NCBI GenBank assembly: GCA_041601615.1
Contig: JBFIHX010000004.1
Coordinates: forward strand, 160,001-224,000
Length of the DNA: 64,000 bases
Source: Thermoplasmatota archaeon
Lineage (GTDB): Archaea > Thermoplasmatota > E2 > JACPAO01 > JAHFTW01
Direction: 5' to 3'
Shown: positions 29,395 to 39,658 of the stretch, piece by piece
Position numbering within the stretch: the stretch's first letter is position 1
Layout of the letters: each line of letters begins with the position of its first letter
Position numbers and translations under genes: made by a program
Notes under the pieces: model-generated
Databases searched by the model: none
Told to the model about the DNA's origin: nothing
What the model saw: the letters and a program-made list of their open reading frames with translations, nothing else

Positions 29395-30279
29395 TCAGTG
29401 AATGTAGGTTCCGTTTACCCATTCGTTTGGCGCCGGCCCAAGCACCACGGCCCTACCAAACCCTTGCCAAGCAGCCGCGAGGACGTTCCCGGCGCCCCCG
29501 GGCAGGGTGCCGTGCATGTCGGTTTCGGTGTGCGAGAACACGGCGAGCGTCTCGGGGCTGAGGTAGCTGTCTTTCGCGCCCGTGTCCATGAAGTCGAGGG
29601 CGACGGGGCGGAACCGTCCTTCCGTTTCGTGGTGGTGGGTGCCGTGTTCGGGAATGAGCATCCAGAGGCGCACGGTTTCGTTGCCGCGAGCACCGGTGGG
29701 GGCCACGATGCCGTCGGTCTGGTAGCGGCCGTGGTCTGGGTCTCGGTGCATGGCGTGGGCTACTGGGGCGGCCAACGTTACCTGCATTTCCAAGAGATCC
29801 GTCACGGGAACATGCGCTTCCACGGCTTCTCGCAAGGGCCCAGGCGGCAGGCTCAGGCTTGTTGCAAAGAATTGGCGCGTGATTGCCCCGTCGTCCCACG
29901 GTGGCGGTAGGATGCGCACGCCCACGAAGCCGAGGTCTTGGCCGTTGCAGCGCAATGCAACGTGCCAATTGCCCGACGCTGGCCCGGAATCCAGCGGCGG
30001 GACTCCGTTCGTGGCGCCATACACGCGGGCGTTGCCAATATCAGCGCGGATGTCGGCCAACTCGAAGGGAGCTTGCGGCCCGAACTCGGCAAAGTACGCC
30101 ATCGGATACCAGGCGATGCCGGCGACTTGGACGCAGTTTGTGAGTGCCGCGACGGGTGCCAGCGGCGATTGTGCGGGTATTGCGGATTCGGGTTCTATTT
30201 CCTGGGAAACGTAGGCGGGCGCGGGCGACGAAAGGCAACCTGCGAGGGCCAAAGCCAGGACCAAGAGCACGGCGCGCAT
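29395..30279 (-). CDS. Hypothetical lipoprotein
   Basis: Lipobox LAGC; Cys spacing resembles lipoproteins at 39659 and 50511. Confidence 0.75.
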   Translation of the reverse strand: MRAVLLVLALALAGCLSSPAPAYVSQEIEPESAIPAQSPLAPVAALTNCVQVAGIAWYPMAYFAEFGPQAPFELADIRADIGNARVYGATNGVPPLDSGPASGNWHVALRCNGQDLGFVGVRILPPPWDDGAITRQFFATSLSLPPGPLREAVEAHVPVTDLLEMQVTLAAPVAHAMHRDPDHGRYQTDGIVAPTGARGNETVRLWMLIPEHGTHHHETEGRFRPVALDFMDTGAKDSYLSPETLAVFSHTETDMHGTLPGGAGNVLAAAWQGFGRAVVLGPAPNEWVNGTYIH

Positions 30280-30424
30280 CGGGCAAAATACGGGCCGTGG
30301 CACAAACCACTTTCGGGGGCCGGCACCACGCACGCTCCCAGCACGACGAGTGCATCGATTGCTTCCTAGTCAATCCAGAACCGCCTGCCAACTCTTGAGT
30401 ACGCCCCGCCTTTGTTCATGCTCT

Positions 30425-31225
30425 ATGTCTTCCAAGACCTTGACGGCGGTATCCGTCGTTGCCGTCGCGCTGATGATGAACATGAGCCCTGCCCAGGCAA
30501 TTGTTGGTGGCGGCCTTGCCAGTCCCGGTGAATACCCATGGATGGCGGCCATCTACAACGATGACCCGAGCTATGGGCAATTCTGTGGCGGCACCCTCGT
30601 CGACGCCGACACCGTCGTCACCGCAGCCCACTGCGTCGAGGGCTTGCTCGGCATCAAATTCATCGACAACTTGGTCGACCGTTTGCTCTATGGAGAGCTC
30701 ATGGTAATGCTTGGCCGCGAATCGCTTTCCGGCAGCGGAGGCGAGGAAATCGCCGTGAGCAACGTCGTCGTCCACCCCAACTACCGCGGCGGCGGCAGCG
30801 ACATTGCAATCATCAAACTTGCATCCAACAGCGCACAGACCCCCATTGCCTACGCCGTGCCGGCCGACGCGAGCTACTACAGCACCGGCACCACCGCCAC
30901 CGTCACCGGCTGGGGCACCACCAGCAGCGGCGGGTCCAGCAGCAACAACCTGCGCGAAGTGGACGTTCCCATCGTCAGCGATACCTCCTGCCAAAGCAGC
31001 TACGGCAGCAGCCTAGAACCCAGTGTGGAAATCTGCGCCGGCTACCCCAACGGCGGCAAGGACTCCTGCCAAGGCGACAGCGGCGGCCCCCTCATCGTCA
31101 GCAAAGGCAGCGGCAAACTCCTCGTCGGCGTTGTCAGCTGGGGCAACGGCTGCGCCCGCGCCGGCTACCCAGGCGTCTACGCAGAAGTTGGAGCCCTGAG
31201 CAGCTTCATCACCGCCAACCTCTGA
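30425..31225 (+). CDS. Secreted trypsin-like (S1A) serine protease
   Basis: Signal peptide, IVGG mature start, TAAHC, DIA, DSCQGDSGGP, SWGNGC, PGVY. Confidence 0.95.
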   Translation: MSSKTLTAVSVVAVALMMNMSPAQAIVGGGLASPGEYPWMAAIYNDDPSYGQFCGGTLVDADTVVTAAHCVEGLLGIKFIDNLVDRLLYGELMVMLGRESLSGSGGEEIAVSNVVVHPNYRGGGSDIAIIKLASNSAQTPIAYAVPADASYYSTGTTATVTGWGTTSSGGSSSNNLREVDVPIVSDTSCQSSYGSSLEPSVEICAGYPNGGKDSCQGDSGGPLIVSKGSGKLLVGVVSWGNGCARAGYPGVYAEVGALSSFITANL

Positions 31226-31315
31226 AGTTGAAACCGCAACCATCGGCCGGAACCGTGCCCTGGCTGCGCAGACTCCCACCGCCGAGCTTTTCCCGGTAGC
31301 GCCCGGTCGTCCCTC

Positions 31316-31639
31316 GTGGATCGGCTCCTGTGGTACGTGTTTGCCGGCAGTCGCGGCGGAGCCACGCGCGTGCGAATCATCAACGCCCTTCTCGATCGAC
31401 CCCACAACACCAACGAACTGGCCCGCCGCCTCGACCTCGACTACAAATCGGTGGAATACCAATTGCGTGTCCTTCTGAAGCACGTCTATGTCGTCACCAG
31501 TGGACCCGACTACGGGCGTCTGTACGAGCCGAGCAAGAACCTCGTTGCGGCGTTTGAGGAGTTTCAAGCAATCGCGGCAAAATTGGAGGGCGGAAGGAGC
31601 CAATTGGGGAAAGACCGAAATACATCTGCGGAGGGATGA
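31316..31639 (+). CDS. ArsR-like winged-HTH regulator (archaeal type)
   Basis: LLWYVFAGSRGGATRVRII...NTNELARRLDLDYKSV. Confidence 0.88.
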   Translation: MDRLLWYVFAGSRGGATRVRIINALLDRPHNTNELARRLDLDYKSVEYQLRVLLKHVYVVTSGPDYGRLYEPSKNLVAAFEEFQAIAAKLEGGRSQLGKDRNTSAEG

Positions 31640-31645
31640 CGTCGC

Positions 31646-32002
31646 ATGGGCTTTGCGATGGTGACGAATTTTTTCATCGTAGGCGTCAACACCATGCTGC
31701 TGACGATCCTCCTAGCCCTGTACGGCCGCATGATGGCCCAAGCCGCGACCCGGTTCACGCTGGGATTGATGCTGTTTGCCGGCGCCCTGTGGGCCCAGTG
31801 CGCGGTCCAGCTCTACTTCATGGCAACCATGATGCCCTTGTTCGTGGGTGGACTCCAGGGAGTCGTACTTGCCCAGAACCTCCTGGCCATGTTTGCCACG
31901 GCGTTCTTGCTGGCGGTCACCATCGACCCCGTCGGCGGACGCGCAAAACCAGAAGCCTCCGCCGACAGCGGCCGTCTGGACGTGGACCCAGACGTATCGT
32001 AG
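31646..32002 (+). CDS. Small 3-TM membrane protein
   Basis: Hydrophobic; follows the wHTH gene. Confidence 0.75.
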   Translation: MGFAMVTNFFIVGVNTMLLTILLALYGRMMAQAATRFTLGLMLFAGALWAQCAVQLYFMATMMPLFVGGLQGVVLAQNLLAMFATAFLLAVTIDPVGGRAKPEASADSGRLDVDPDVS

Positions 32003-32093
32003 GTTCTGAATCAGTCATCGCTTCGGCGCCTGCGAAAATCGAAGAGCCTTGCCAAGTGGAACGCACACAAGCGTACAAGGAGCCAGGGTCAAT

Positions 32094-32107
32094 TCGAACA
32101 TGTTCGA
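32094..32107. promoter_or_regulatory. GAACATGTTC palindrome, copy 1
   Basis: Perfect TCGAACATGTTCGA about 90 bp upstream of the aminotransferase. Confidence 0.65.
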
Positions 32108-32194
32108 CTTCGGATTCCGTGGTTCATGACCAGATGGCAAATTTCCCCCGGGCCGAACCCTTTTCCCGGGGTCTTTGGTAGCCGCACCCAGCCC

Positions 32195-33427
32195 ATGGAC
32201 GTAACGAGACTCTGGAGCGACCGCGCCAACGCCATGAAGGCCAGCGAAATCCGTGAACTGCTGAAACTGACGGAGAAACCGGACGTCATCAGCTTTGCCG
32301 GAGGCCTTCCGAACCCCCAGAGTTTCCCGGTCGCTGAAGTCACCGAAGCGGCCAATCGCGTTCTGCGCGACCATCCTGCCCGCGCCATGCAGTACAGCAC
32401 CACCGAGGGCATCACAGAATTGCGCGACTCCGTGGCTCAGTACCTGCAAGAGAGCAACGGCATGGACGTGGACGCCGACAGCGTTCTCATCACAAACGGC
32501 AGCCAGCAAGGACTGGACTTGCTTGGCCGCACACTCATCAATCAAGGCGACACCATCGTCACGAGCAATCCGACGTACCTCGGTGCCCTCCAGGCGTTCA
32601 ATTTCTACGGCGCCAAGTACGCAGGAGTCGCGAGCGACGGCGATGGCCTGATTCCCGACCACCTCGACGAAACCCTTACGGGCCTTGCCAAGAAGGGCAT
32701 TCGACCCAAGTTCCTCTACGCGGTGCCCACGTTCCAGAACCCCAGCGGCACCTGCATCCCCGAGGCGCGCCGCCGCCGCATCCTAGAACTTGCCCACGAG
32801 CACGACCTCCTGATTGTTGAGGACGATCCGTACGGCCGCTTGCGCTTCGACGGCGACGCAGTGCCAACAATGCACAAGCTCGACAAGGGCGAAGGCCGCG
32901 TGCTCTACCTTGGAACGTTCAGCAAGATCCTCGTGCCCGGCTTCCGCCTCGCCTGGACCACGGGCCCCGAGGCCCTTGTGCGCAAGATGGTCGTCAGCAA
33001 GCAAAGCATCGATCTTTGCACCAACGCCTTCACGCAATTCATCGCTGCAGACATGCTCGCAAGCGGCGTCATCGAACGCCACCTTCCCAAGATCATCGAG
33101 CTGTACAAGCGCAAGCGCGACGTGATGCTCGGCGCCATGGACAAGCACTTCCCCACCGAGGGTGTGACTTGGACCCGCAACCAGGGCGGGATGTTCACTT
33201 GGGCCGAGATGCCGCAGGGCATCAACACGGTCGAGATGCTGCAAGAGACCATCAAGCAGAACGTCGCGTACGTACCCGGCAAGCCGTTCTTCCCGGACCC
33301 CGAGCAGGGTTTCAACACCATGCGCCTCAACTTCACCCACGCCACCGACGCCAACATCGAAGTGGGCATCGAGCGGCTGGCAGGCGTCATGGATGAGACG
33401 CTGGCGAAGTCCAAGTTGACTGCGTAG
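32195..33427 (+). CDS. PLP-dependent aminotransferase (LysN/2-aminoadipate-like)
   Basis: SEIRELLK, ISFAGGLP, TNGSQQGLD, PTFQNPSG, EDDPY, GTFSKIL. Confidence 0.92.
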   Translation: MDVTRLWSDRANAMKASEIRELLKLTEKPDVISFAGGLPNPQSFPVAEVTEAANRVLRDHPARAMQYSTTEGITELRDSVAQYLQESNGMDVDADSVLITNGSQQGLDLLGRTLINQGDTIVTSNPTYLGALQAFNFYGAKYAGVASDGDGLIPDHLDETLTGLAKKGIRPKFLYAVPTFQNPSGTCIPEARRRRILELAHEHDLLIVEDDPYGRLRFDGDAVPTMHKLDKGEGRVLYLGTFSKILVPGFRLAWTTGPEALVRKMVVSKQSIDLCTNAFTQFIAADMLASGVIERHLPKIIELYKRKRDVMLGAMDKHFPTEGVTWTRNQGGMFTWAEMPQGINTVEMLQETIKQNVAYVPGKPFFPDPEQGFNTMRLNFTHATDANIEVGIERLAGVMDETLAKSKLTA

Positions 33428-33708
33428 CCACGACCACGGACTCGGCGGTGCGCGGCGGCGGCAGGCGCCCACTGGTCCAGGGGTTTAGCTGCGCTTGCAC
33501 TAGTGGTACATGCTCTGCACCATGCGCTCCGTGACATGATTCTCGTCGTCCACGGCCCTCGATGGGTTCGGCTGATGTGATGATGTGGGTGGTGAACCGG
33601 TGGAAACCGGAACTTCTAGTCACCAGTACATCATTTGGATCAGGCGGGCCGTTTCCGTCTCGTCTTCTGGCTGGGGGGCCATGGCTTGCGCATCCAACTG
33701 GCAAATAC

Positions 33709-33741
33709 ATGAACATGTTCATTCTGATTCTGAACATGTTC
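33709..33741. promoter_or_regulatory. Tandem GAACATGTTC palindromes, copies 2-3
   Basis: Cores at 33711 and 33732, 21 bp apart. Confidence 0.68.
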
Positions 33742-33915
33742 GCTCTAGGTGCATCTATTCACGCGAACCGGAGCTTCCATTGGCGTGGCACATACCGCTG
33801 AAACATGAGCCTCAAGACTCGACGCTCTGCACCAAGAATCCCCGCACAAAGGCGCGTAGATGCATGGTGAGACCGCGGGACAACGTTGAAGCGGACTTGG
33901 ACATTGTCTTGGACC

Positions 33916-34182
33916 ATGCGACGAAATCGTGACCCCACGGCCCGGGTCCTGGCAGCACTGGGCGAGGCGGGGACGCTCGACTACGAACGCATCCGTTTCC
34001 ATACCGGACTTGGCGGCTTGGAAGTGGTGCGAGCACTGGAATCATTGGAACAGGATGGTCAGGTGCTCATGAAACGAGCTGGCGACCAAGTGCTGTGGCA
34101 ATTGGACCGGGCAGACCTGGACAAGCGATTTTCCCAACGAGTCCGGACCGAGGCCGACGCCACCGTGACCACGCGACGTTAA
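33916..34182 (+). CDS. Small winged-HTH protein
   Basis: RVLAALGEAG...IRFHTGLGGLEVVRALESLEQDGQV; start uncertain. Confidence 0.65.
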   Translation: MRRNRDPTARVLAALGEAGTLDYERIRFHTGLGGLEVVRALESLEQDGQVLMKRAGDQVLWQLDRADLDKRFSQRVRTEADATVTTRR

Positions 34183-34203
34183 CCGGAAAACCAAGCGAGT
34201 GCG

Positions 34204-34488
34204 CTACTCGTTGGCCACCATGAGCACGCCGCGACGCACGAGGTCCTGCATGACTTCCTGCAAGTCGCCATGCAATTCCGCCGCCGAAACATCCGGATAC
34301 CGCTCCTGCAACAAATCTGCCACCTCCACCAAGGTGCGCCCCTCGCGTGCTGCATCGAAGGCGATTCGTGCCGTGCTGTTGAGTTCGAACACGTCGCCGC
34401 TGGCAAGGTTCGTGACAAAATTCGCCTGTCCTTCCCCGGACACCATAACGTCTGGCAGGACCCGGAACGTCGAGTTGTCCGTGATCAT
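34204..34488 (-). CDS. PqqD-family / RiPP recognition element protein
   Basis: FELNSTARIAF...GRTLVEVADLLQERYPDVS...DLQEVMQDLVRRGVL. Confidence 0.85.
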   Translation of the reverse strand: MITDNSTFRVLPDVMVSGEGQANFVTNLASGDVFELNSTARIAFDAAREGRTLVEVADLLQERYPDVSAAELHGDLQEVMQDLVRRGVLMVANE

Positions 34489-34753
34489 GCAGAGGCCCCG
34501 AGACGAGCGTCGCCAACAATCGCGTCCTCGAACCGGACCCTGCTGGAGGGGGCGGTGGGCAGTGGCGCTTCCAAGTGCATCAGTCAGCGCACCAACAGGT
34601 TCCGCCTAAACCATTGTGCCGATTCCTAGTCACGTCGTTACCCACCCTGCCTCAATCATTCCATGGGAGTTGGTGTCCCTATGCCGCAAAGCAGGTACAC
34701 ATGCCGACGTTTGCTCCAACCGACTTATATCCACAGGAAGTTGCGTATATGTC

Positions 34754-35737
34754 ATGCGCAACGTATCCCTTCTTCTTGTCCTGGGCCTGATTCTGGCCGG
34801 CTGCACAACGACCAATGAGCCCAGCGAAGCGATGGCAAACGAACCCATGGATCAGGACACGAACGAGGAGCCGAACCAGGTGGCGCAACCCAACCGCACT
34901 CCCGCCACCACCAACCGCACCACAGTCATTGCGGCGACGGACGACCCGACGTTCTTGGGCCTGCGCGTCCAAAGCAAAGGTCCCACGGTCTTGGAAATCC
35001 AATTGGACGTAGGCGCAAAACAGCGCTGCTCCCTCGACACCTCCATCGTCGGCACCGACGCCACCAACGGCGGACCCGCCTTTGTCCGGCTCACCGAATA
35101 CGAGCGCGGCGGATACGGTTGGACCTACTACGGCGCGACGGGGCTCGCCAGCGTCAACGTGGCAGACCTAGACAGGATCATCATCGGCGACGACGAACAA
35201 GGTAACTTCCGTGCCCTTTCTTCCTTCGAGTCCAACTTCGAAGGCGTCATGCGGTTTACGCTGATGACCTCGGAGGCCCGCGTGTATCCTCCGAATGAGC
35301 CGGACAATGCATCGCTGCAATTCGAGATGGACTGCGAGGCCACCATAGAAGTCTTGAGCGTCCGCTCCGGCACGGAGACCACTTTGTACGGTCGATCGAG
35401 CATCGATTCTCTTGCCGGCGCCGACGTTAGCCCCGTCGGAGGCGCTTCCGTCCAAGGACGCGGAAGTGCCACCGTGGCAGCCGAAAATGGCCGAATCCTC
35501 GCCAGTCGAGGCGGGTACGAATACGGCCCCTTCCAAATTTCATCCCCTGGAGGCTCCGCAGTTCTTGGCCCCACGGCATCAGGATTGATTTTTGCCGAAG
35601 GCGGGCCCGGAGAGTATGCCGTGGAGACCACGGAATTGGGCGCCGTCGTAGATCTGTTTTGGGCAGGGATTCTCGGATTCGACAATGGCCACCAAGTGAT
35701 ACGCTACCCCGAACCGGAACTGAGGCCCACGTCCTGA
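34754..35737 (+). CDS. Hypothetical lipoprotein
   Basis: Lipobox LAGC; TATA-like CTTATAT about 25 bp upstream. Confidence 0.78.
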   Translation: MRNVSLLLVLGLILAGCTTTNEPSEAMANEPMDQDTNEEPNQVAQPNRTPATTNRTTVIAATDDPTFLGLRVQSKGPTVLEIQLDVGAKQRCSLDTSIVGTDATNGGPAFVRLTEYERGGYGWTYYGATGLASVNVADLDRIIIGDDEQGNFRALSSFESNFEGVMRFTLMTSEARVYPPNEPDNASLQFEMDCEATIEVLSVRSGTETTLYGRSSIDSLAGADVSPVGGASVQGRGSATVAAENGRILASRGGYEYGPFQISSPGGSAVLGPTASGLIFAEGGPGEYAVETTELGAVVDLFWAGILGFDNGHQVIRYPEPELRPTS

Positions 35738-35767
35738 GGCGCATCCCGGGATTCACGACACGGTTGT

Positions 35768-35788
35768 TCAGAACCCCGCCAGAACCGC
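35768..35788 (-). repeat. Copy of the etfA 3' end (att-like direct repeat)
   Basis: TCAGAACCCCGCCAGAACCGC vs TTAGAACCCCGCCAGCACCGC at 42023; 19/21 identical, both read AVLAGF* on the minus strand. Confidence 0.55.
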
Positions 35789-35932
35789 CGACACGGAGAC
35801 CCACACCACACCTTCCTGCATCCACTGCCGGACTTCCTACGTTGCTTTCTTACCATTCCCCTCACACGGAGTCCGGTTGCGAAACTCGGAGGGGTATCTT
35901 GGAGGGAGAGGGAAAAGAATCAGAGCCCGTGA

Positions 35933-36598
35933 TTACCAGTCATGTGGTGGGGGCGAGGACGTGCTGCCATACTCCCCACTCCATGGGCAACGACCATGGT
36001 CTGGAGAGCAAACGATTCTCCCACCAGGGCCGCCATCCAACCGGTAGGTATCGCCCTCGTCCAAATAGACGACTCTGGCTTCCCACGCCTCCCAGTATCC
36101 AGATTCGAAGATTTTATGGTACGTCAACCAAACCTCGACCTTTTCTCCTTGTAAATCACCTAGGAAGAACGACGTGGGGTGAGTTACGGTAGCATTGCGC
36201 ACACCCGTCAAGGTGTACGATCGGAACCAATCAGCGCCGGGAGGCGGGTGGAACTCCTTAGTGGAATTGCGGGTGCCGTCCTCCACATGCAGCCGCACGG
36301 TCCAGTTCTCGCCCTCAAAAGGCTCGACCGTGTCTTTGTAGTGCCAGATCCCGTAGACCACAATAGAGACGTTCAGCTCTGCATCATGCCTCGGCAGGGT
36401 CATGGGCCAATCTTCCACATACAATGCCCACCTTGGTACGCTGGAGGTACCGCCTTCCATAGGCCCGTACTCTACGACAGCCATGGGAGCGTGCAGGGTT
36501 GGAACCTTTGTTTCATGGGAGGCAACGGGTAACGTAGACTGGGTGCATCCGCTCATCGTCAAGCCAAGCAAAAGTAGGAATGCGATGAACGGGCGCAT
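35933..36598 (-). CDS. Hypothetical lipoprotein
   Basis: MRPFIAFLLLLGLTMSGC; TGATG coupling to upstream protease. Confidence 0.72.
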   Translation of the reverse strand: MRPFIAFLLLLGLTMSGCTQSTLPVASHETKVPTLHAPMAVVEYGPMEGGTSSVPRWALYVEDWPMTLPRHDAELNVSIVVYGIWHYKDTVEPFEGENWTVRLHVEDGTRNSTKEFHPPPGADWFRSYTLTGVRNATVTHPTSFFLGDLQGEKVEVWLTYHKIFESGYWEAWEARVVYLDEGDTYRLDGGPGGRIVCSPDHGRCPWSGEYGSTSSPPPHDW

Positions 36599-38670
36599 CA
36601 CGTCGGCCACCCGGTTGTATCGATGGTATTGTGGTTGGCCACAGTGCGCAATTGTCCCGCCCTAGTTGAACCTGCGCCATAGTGGTCGCGCCAGTCATCG
36701 TAAAAAGCTCGGAACGTAATTTGAGCACCATTTGTAGGGGATGCGTCGTGCTGCAGTACGGGGATGACGTGGGTTTCAGTGACGAGGTCCACACTTTCAC
36801 CGTCGTTACTTCCATCCACAAGATCCCATAGTGCGGCGGCCACACGCCCCTCCACATTCACACCTTGGTCGAAGGACCAAGACCCCGAACTTGCGAACGT
36901 CTCGATATCCCACCAACCACCGTTGGCAAAATAATTCCGAGTTTTGGCAACCGCATTTCCACCCTCGTAACGGGTTACGCCATAGAGCCCATGGATGGCC
37001 CAAAAAATGGCCCACCCCTCACTCCAAGCGCACCTGCCCCCGCTGGCTTGGTTGAAATAGTGTGGGCTTGGGCAGCCGGTTGGTGTGTGGGTGCCATAAA
37101 GGTCATGCATCAGTCGATGTCCATATTCGTGAGATACAGTGTTCGGAGTGGTTGCCTGATCCGAGCCCAGGTGAATCTCCCGGGTGGCCGGGTCGTAATG
37201 TCCCGTGTCTCGGTTGTGCGTTTGCCCATCCGCGATTGTGCCTGGTTTCTCTGCGGGAGTGCGAACCACCACGTCATCCTGGACGTTTGGGATACTGCTG
37301 CCAAACCTGCCGTAAGCAGTGGTTGTCCACCAATAGGCCATAGCTCCTTTGTCCCAGTCTTCAATATCCAATTCTTGGTAGCCGTAGTTTCCGGTCGGGG
37401 AGTTCCGGTCTACGTAGATTGCTCCTAGATAACAGTTCGTGCTAGAACAATTGAGCATCTGCGCCTGGCCAGGATTATAGTAGTAGACCAGTCCAGATTC
37501 GTCCGCGACGGTAACCCGGTCGGTCCCGGTCAGACCGACCTGGACGTAGGGGTCGATGGCGCCCTCATTGTCCGCAACGCGAACCCACTTCGAGAAGTAT
37601 CCGTTGATGGAGGCACTTCCGCTTCCGAAATAATCATGTCGACTACTACCGTCGCTTTCATAGAAATCGATGGAACAGTAGGAGCAGGGACGGTCGGTTC
37701 CAGAATCGGGTTCGACGAGGCGAATGTTTCCAGAAATGTAGACACTCCGCCCACTGTTGCCGCTGCTATCGTCAAGGTCGCCGGTGTTTGGCTCTTTGTA
37801 ACTGATATCTCCTTGGGTACGCACCTGACCATCTTGATGAGATACGGGGGCGGTGACGGTCACGTTCGTATTGTCTGCCAAGATGCGTGAGGGTCGCACC
37901 GGTTCGGGAAGGAAGCCTTCAACGGCCCCGACCAATTCTACTGCCTCGTAAATTGCGGGAGGCAGGTTTGGAGCCACCGTTCCATCCCTGTCCACGAAGG
38001 ACGTTGGAATCATGTTCCCGAGCGGTGGATCCGGCATGGCACTAAAGTTGCAGCAGCGGCCACGCATGTTGTCGATTGCGACACCGTAGCTGCCCCAGGC
38101 GTAGAATGCATCTGCACGGTCAGGAAGTGCTGTTGGGTCTTCTCCGGCTTCTTCCAGAGCATCGCCAATGAGCGATGCGAGGTTGACACCTTCTCCTGGT
38201 TCCGAGCCCACATCAAACATTCGGTAGAAGTAGAGGTGGTAGTCGTTGTTGAGGACGTAGGCGTCGCCACCATCGATTTCCGTACTCAAGCGAACCTGGG
38301 CCAACCCCTCATCAAGAGCTTCAAAATTGAAGGCTTCCCAGACTTTGCCGGTCGTCAGATTGCGACCCCGCAGGGCCTCTTCGCCTTCTGCTAGGGCCGC
38401 ACGTCCGTCGGGCGACCAGACTTGAATGCTTGTGGAATTGGCACCCCAGTCTGTGGAGCCCGTGAGTTCGATGGCCCACTCGCCTTCGGGGTCACCCACG
38501 AGCCGAATATGGGTCTGAAGGGGTTCCGCAGCAGGCCCATTGTCATGCAAGTCAGGGATATCGTCAGGGGAAACAGGCAAGGGTGCCGCAAGTGCAGGCA
38601 TTGCAATGAACAATGCCATCGCGAGGGCAGCTAGGTGCTGGACTTTTCGATTTTTTTCGTTTGAATTCAT
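36598..38670 (-). CDS. Secreted gluzincin-type zinc metalloprotease-like protein
   Basis: Signal peptide; HEYGH motif with downstream AWSEGWA third ligand. Confidence 0.78.
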   Translation of the reverse strand: MNSNEKNRKVQHLAALAMALFIAMPALAAPLPVSPDDIPDLHDNGPAAEPLQTHIRLVGDPEGEWAIELTGSTDWGANSTSIQVWSPDGRAALAEGEEALRGRNLTTGKVWEAFNFEALDEGLAQVRLSTEIDGGDAYVLNNDYHLYFYRMFDVGSEPGEGVNLASLIGDALEEAGEDPTALPDRADAFYAWGSYGVAIDNMRGRCCNFSAMPDPPLGNMIPTSFVDRDGTVAPNLPPAIYEAVELVGAVEGFLPEPVRPSRILADNTNVTVTAPVSHQDGQVRTQGDISYKEPNTGDLDDSSGNSGRSVYISGNIRLVEPDSGTDRPCSYCSIDFYESDGSSRHDYFGSGSASINGYFSKWVRVADNEGAIDPYVQVGLTGTDRVTVADESGLVYYYNPGQAQMLNCSSTNCYLGAIYVDRNSPTGNYGYQELDIEDWDKGAMAYWWTTTAYGRFGSSIPNVQDDVVVRTPAEKPGTIADGQTHNRDTGHYDPATREIHLGSDQATTPNTVSHEYGHRLMHDLYGTHTPTGCPSPHYFNQASGGRCAWSEGWAIFWAIHGLYGVTRYEGGNAVAKTRNYFANGGWWDIETFASSGSWSFDQGVNVEGRVAAALWDLVDGSNDGESVDLVTETHVIPVLQHDASPTNGAQITFRAFYDDWRDHYGAGSTRAGQLRTVANHNTIDTTGWPT

Positions 38671-39358
38671 GTTTTCTTTCTCCATTGTGAATGGTTGTAG
38701 TGGGGCAAGGACGCCCTGAAGCGGGCGTACAGACACGGGGACGTGCGTCGGTGCCGTCATGGCACTCCTGAACTCATGGCCGGCAGTATGTCCGCGAGCT
38801 TGTGAGGGCGTGCGCGAACCCGATGAATGCCGAATAAGAGAGGAACGCTAGGGGTTCCAAGGTGGTGTGTCAGTGCATCCGTGCCATCATGGGGGCGGAG
38901 GCAGTTTGCAAAAAAGCCCGGGAGAGACAGGTTGTCAAATTGCACGACACCGGATTGGCTTGCTAAGGGCTCATGAAGATGCTGAGGCCGCGTCAAACCG
39001 GCCTTGTTCAGCCCCTTTGGCATAGTGTCGAAACCCCGGCGTGCTTGGTCGAACTGGGGCGCCCATGCTGTCTGTCTGGGTGGTGAGTCCATCCAAGAAT
39101 TTAGGCAACACCGCAACTGAGGCGCAGAGGTTCGTGTCGCCGTGTCACGACACGAAATGGATTCGCCCCCGCCCTTACTTCCCCCCTGAAGTTCTTTTTT
39201 ATCTTGCATGTCAAGCTGAAGAAGAGCGATAATCAAGACATGATTTTTGGTGCAAACACCGGCACCTTAGTTCGACAGGAGTAAACGGCCGAAGGTGCCG
39301 GCGCGGACGCCAAAACCATTAGAAACCTCGGCCGTTTTGGAATTGATGGAGACAATTC

Positions 39359-39655
39359 ATGACTGCTCAGTTCACTCCAGCAATATTTACCCTCGTGGTT
39401 CTCTTTCTGACCATTCCCCCAGTTGCAGGGGAAGAATTGCCCATAGACACAGGCACCCTCGCCCACATTGATGTAGAGCTTGGCCCTGACTCACTTCGAG
39501 ACTGTGTCCGCCCTATCATCATGGGAGACACTGAAGGAAGGCCTAAACTTACCCTCGTCACCCCATACAGTTTGTTGGCGAGAAACTGGGAAGCAGGCGT
39601 GGTTGTCCTGGACGGACAACGAAATGGATACTTTGGAATCGAATTCGGCTGCTGA
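39359..39655 (+). CDS. Small secreted two-Cys protein (module A)
   Basis: Signal peptide; AHIDVELGP...CV...GQRNGY...C; resembles 50171-50449. Confidence 0.7.
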   Translation: MTAQFTPAIFTLVVLFLTIPPVAGEELPIDTGTLAHIDVELGPDSLRDCVRPIIMGDTEGRPKLTLVTPYSLLARNWEAGVVVLDGQRNGYFGIEFGC

Positions 39656-39658
39656 GAA

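Noticed and set aside
32094-32107. LexA SOS box (GAAC-N4-GTTC)
   Set aside because: Spacer is 2 nt, not 4, and downstream genes are not repair genes.
33863-34182. Programmed frameshift joining the 22-aa ORF and the wHTH
   Set aside because: No slippery sequence, and the wHTH has its own in-frame ATG at 33916.
38757-39236. 159-aa ORF in the divergent intergenic region
   Set aside because: No motifs or typical codon bias; probably non-coding regulatory DNA.
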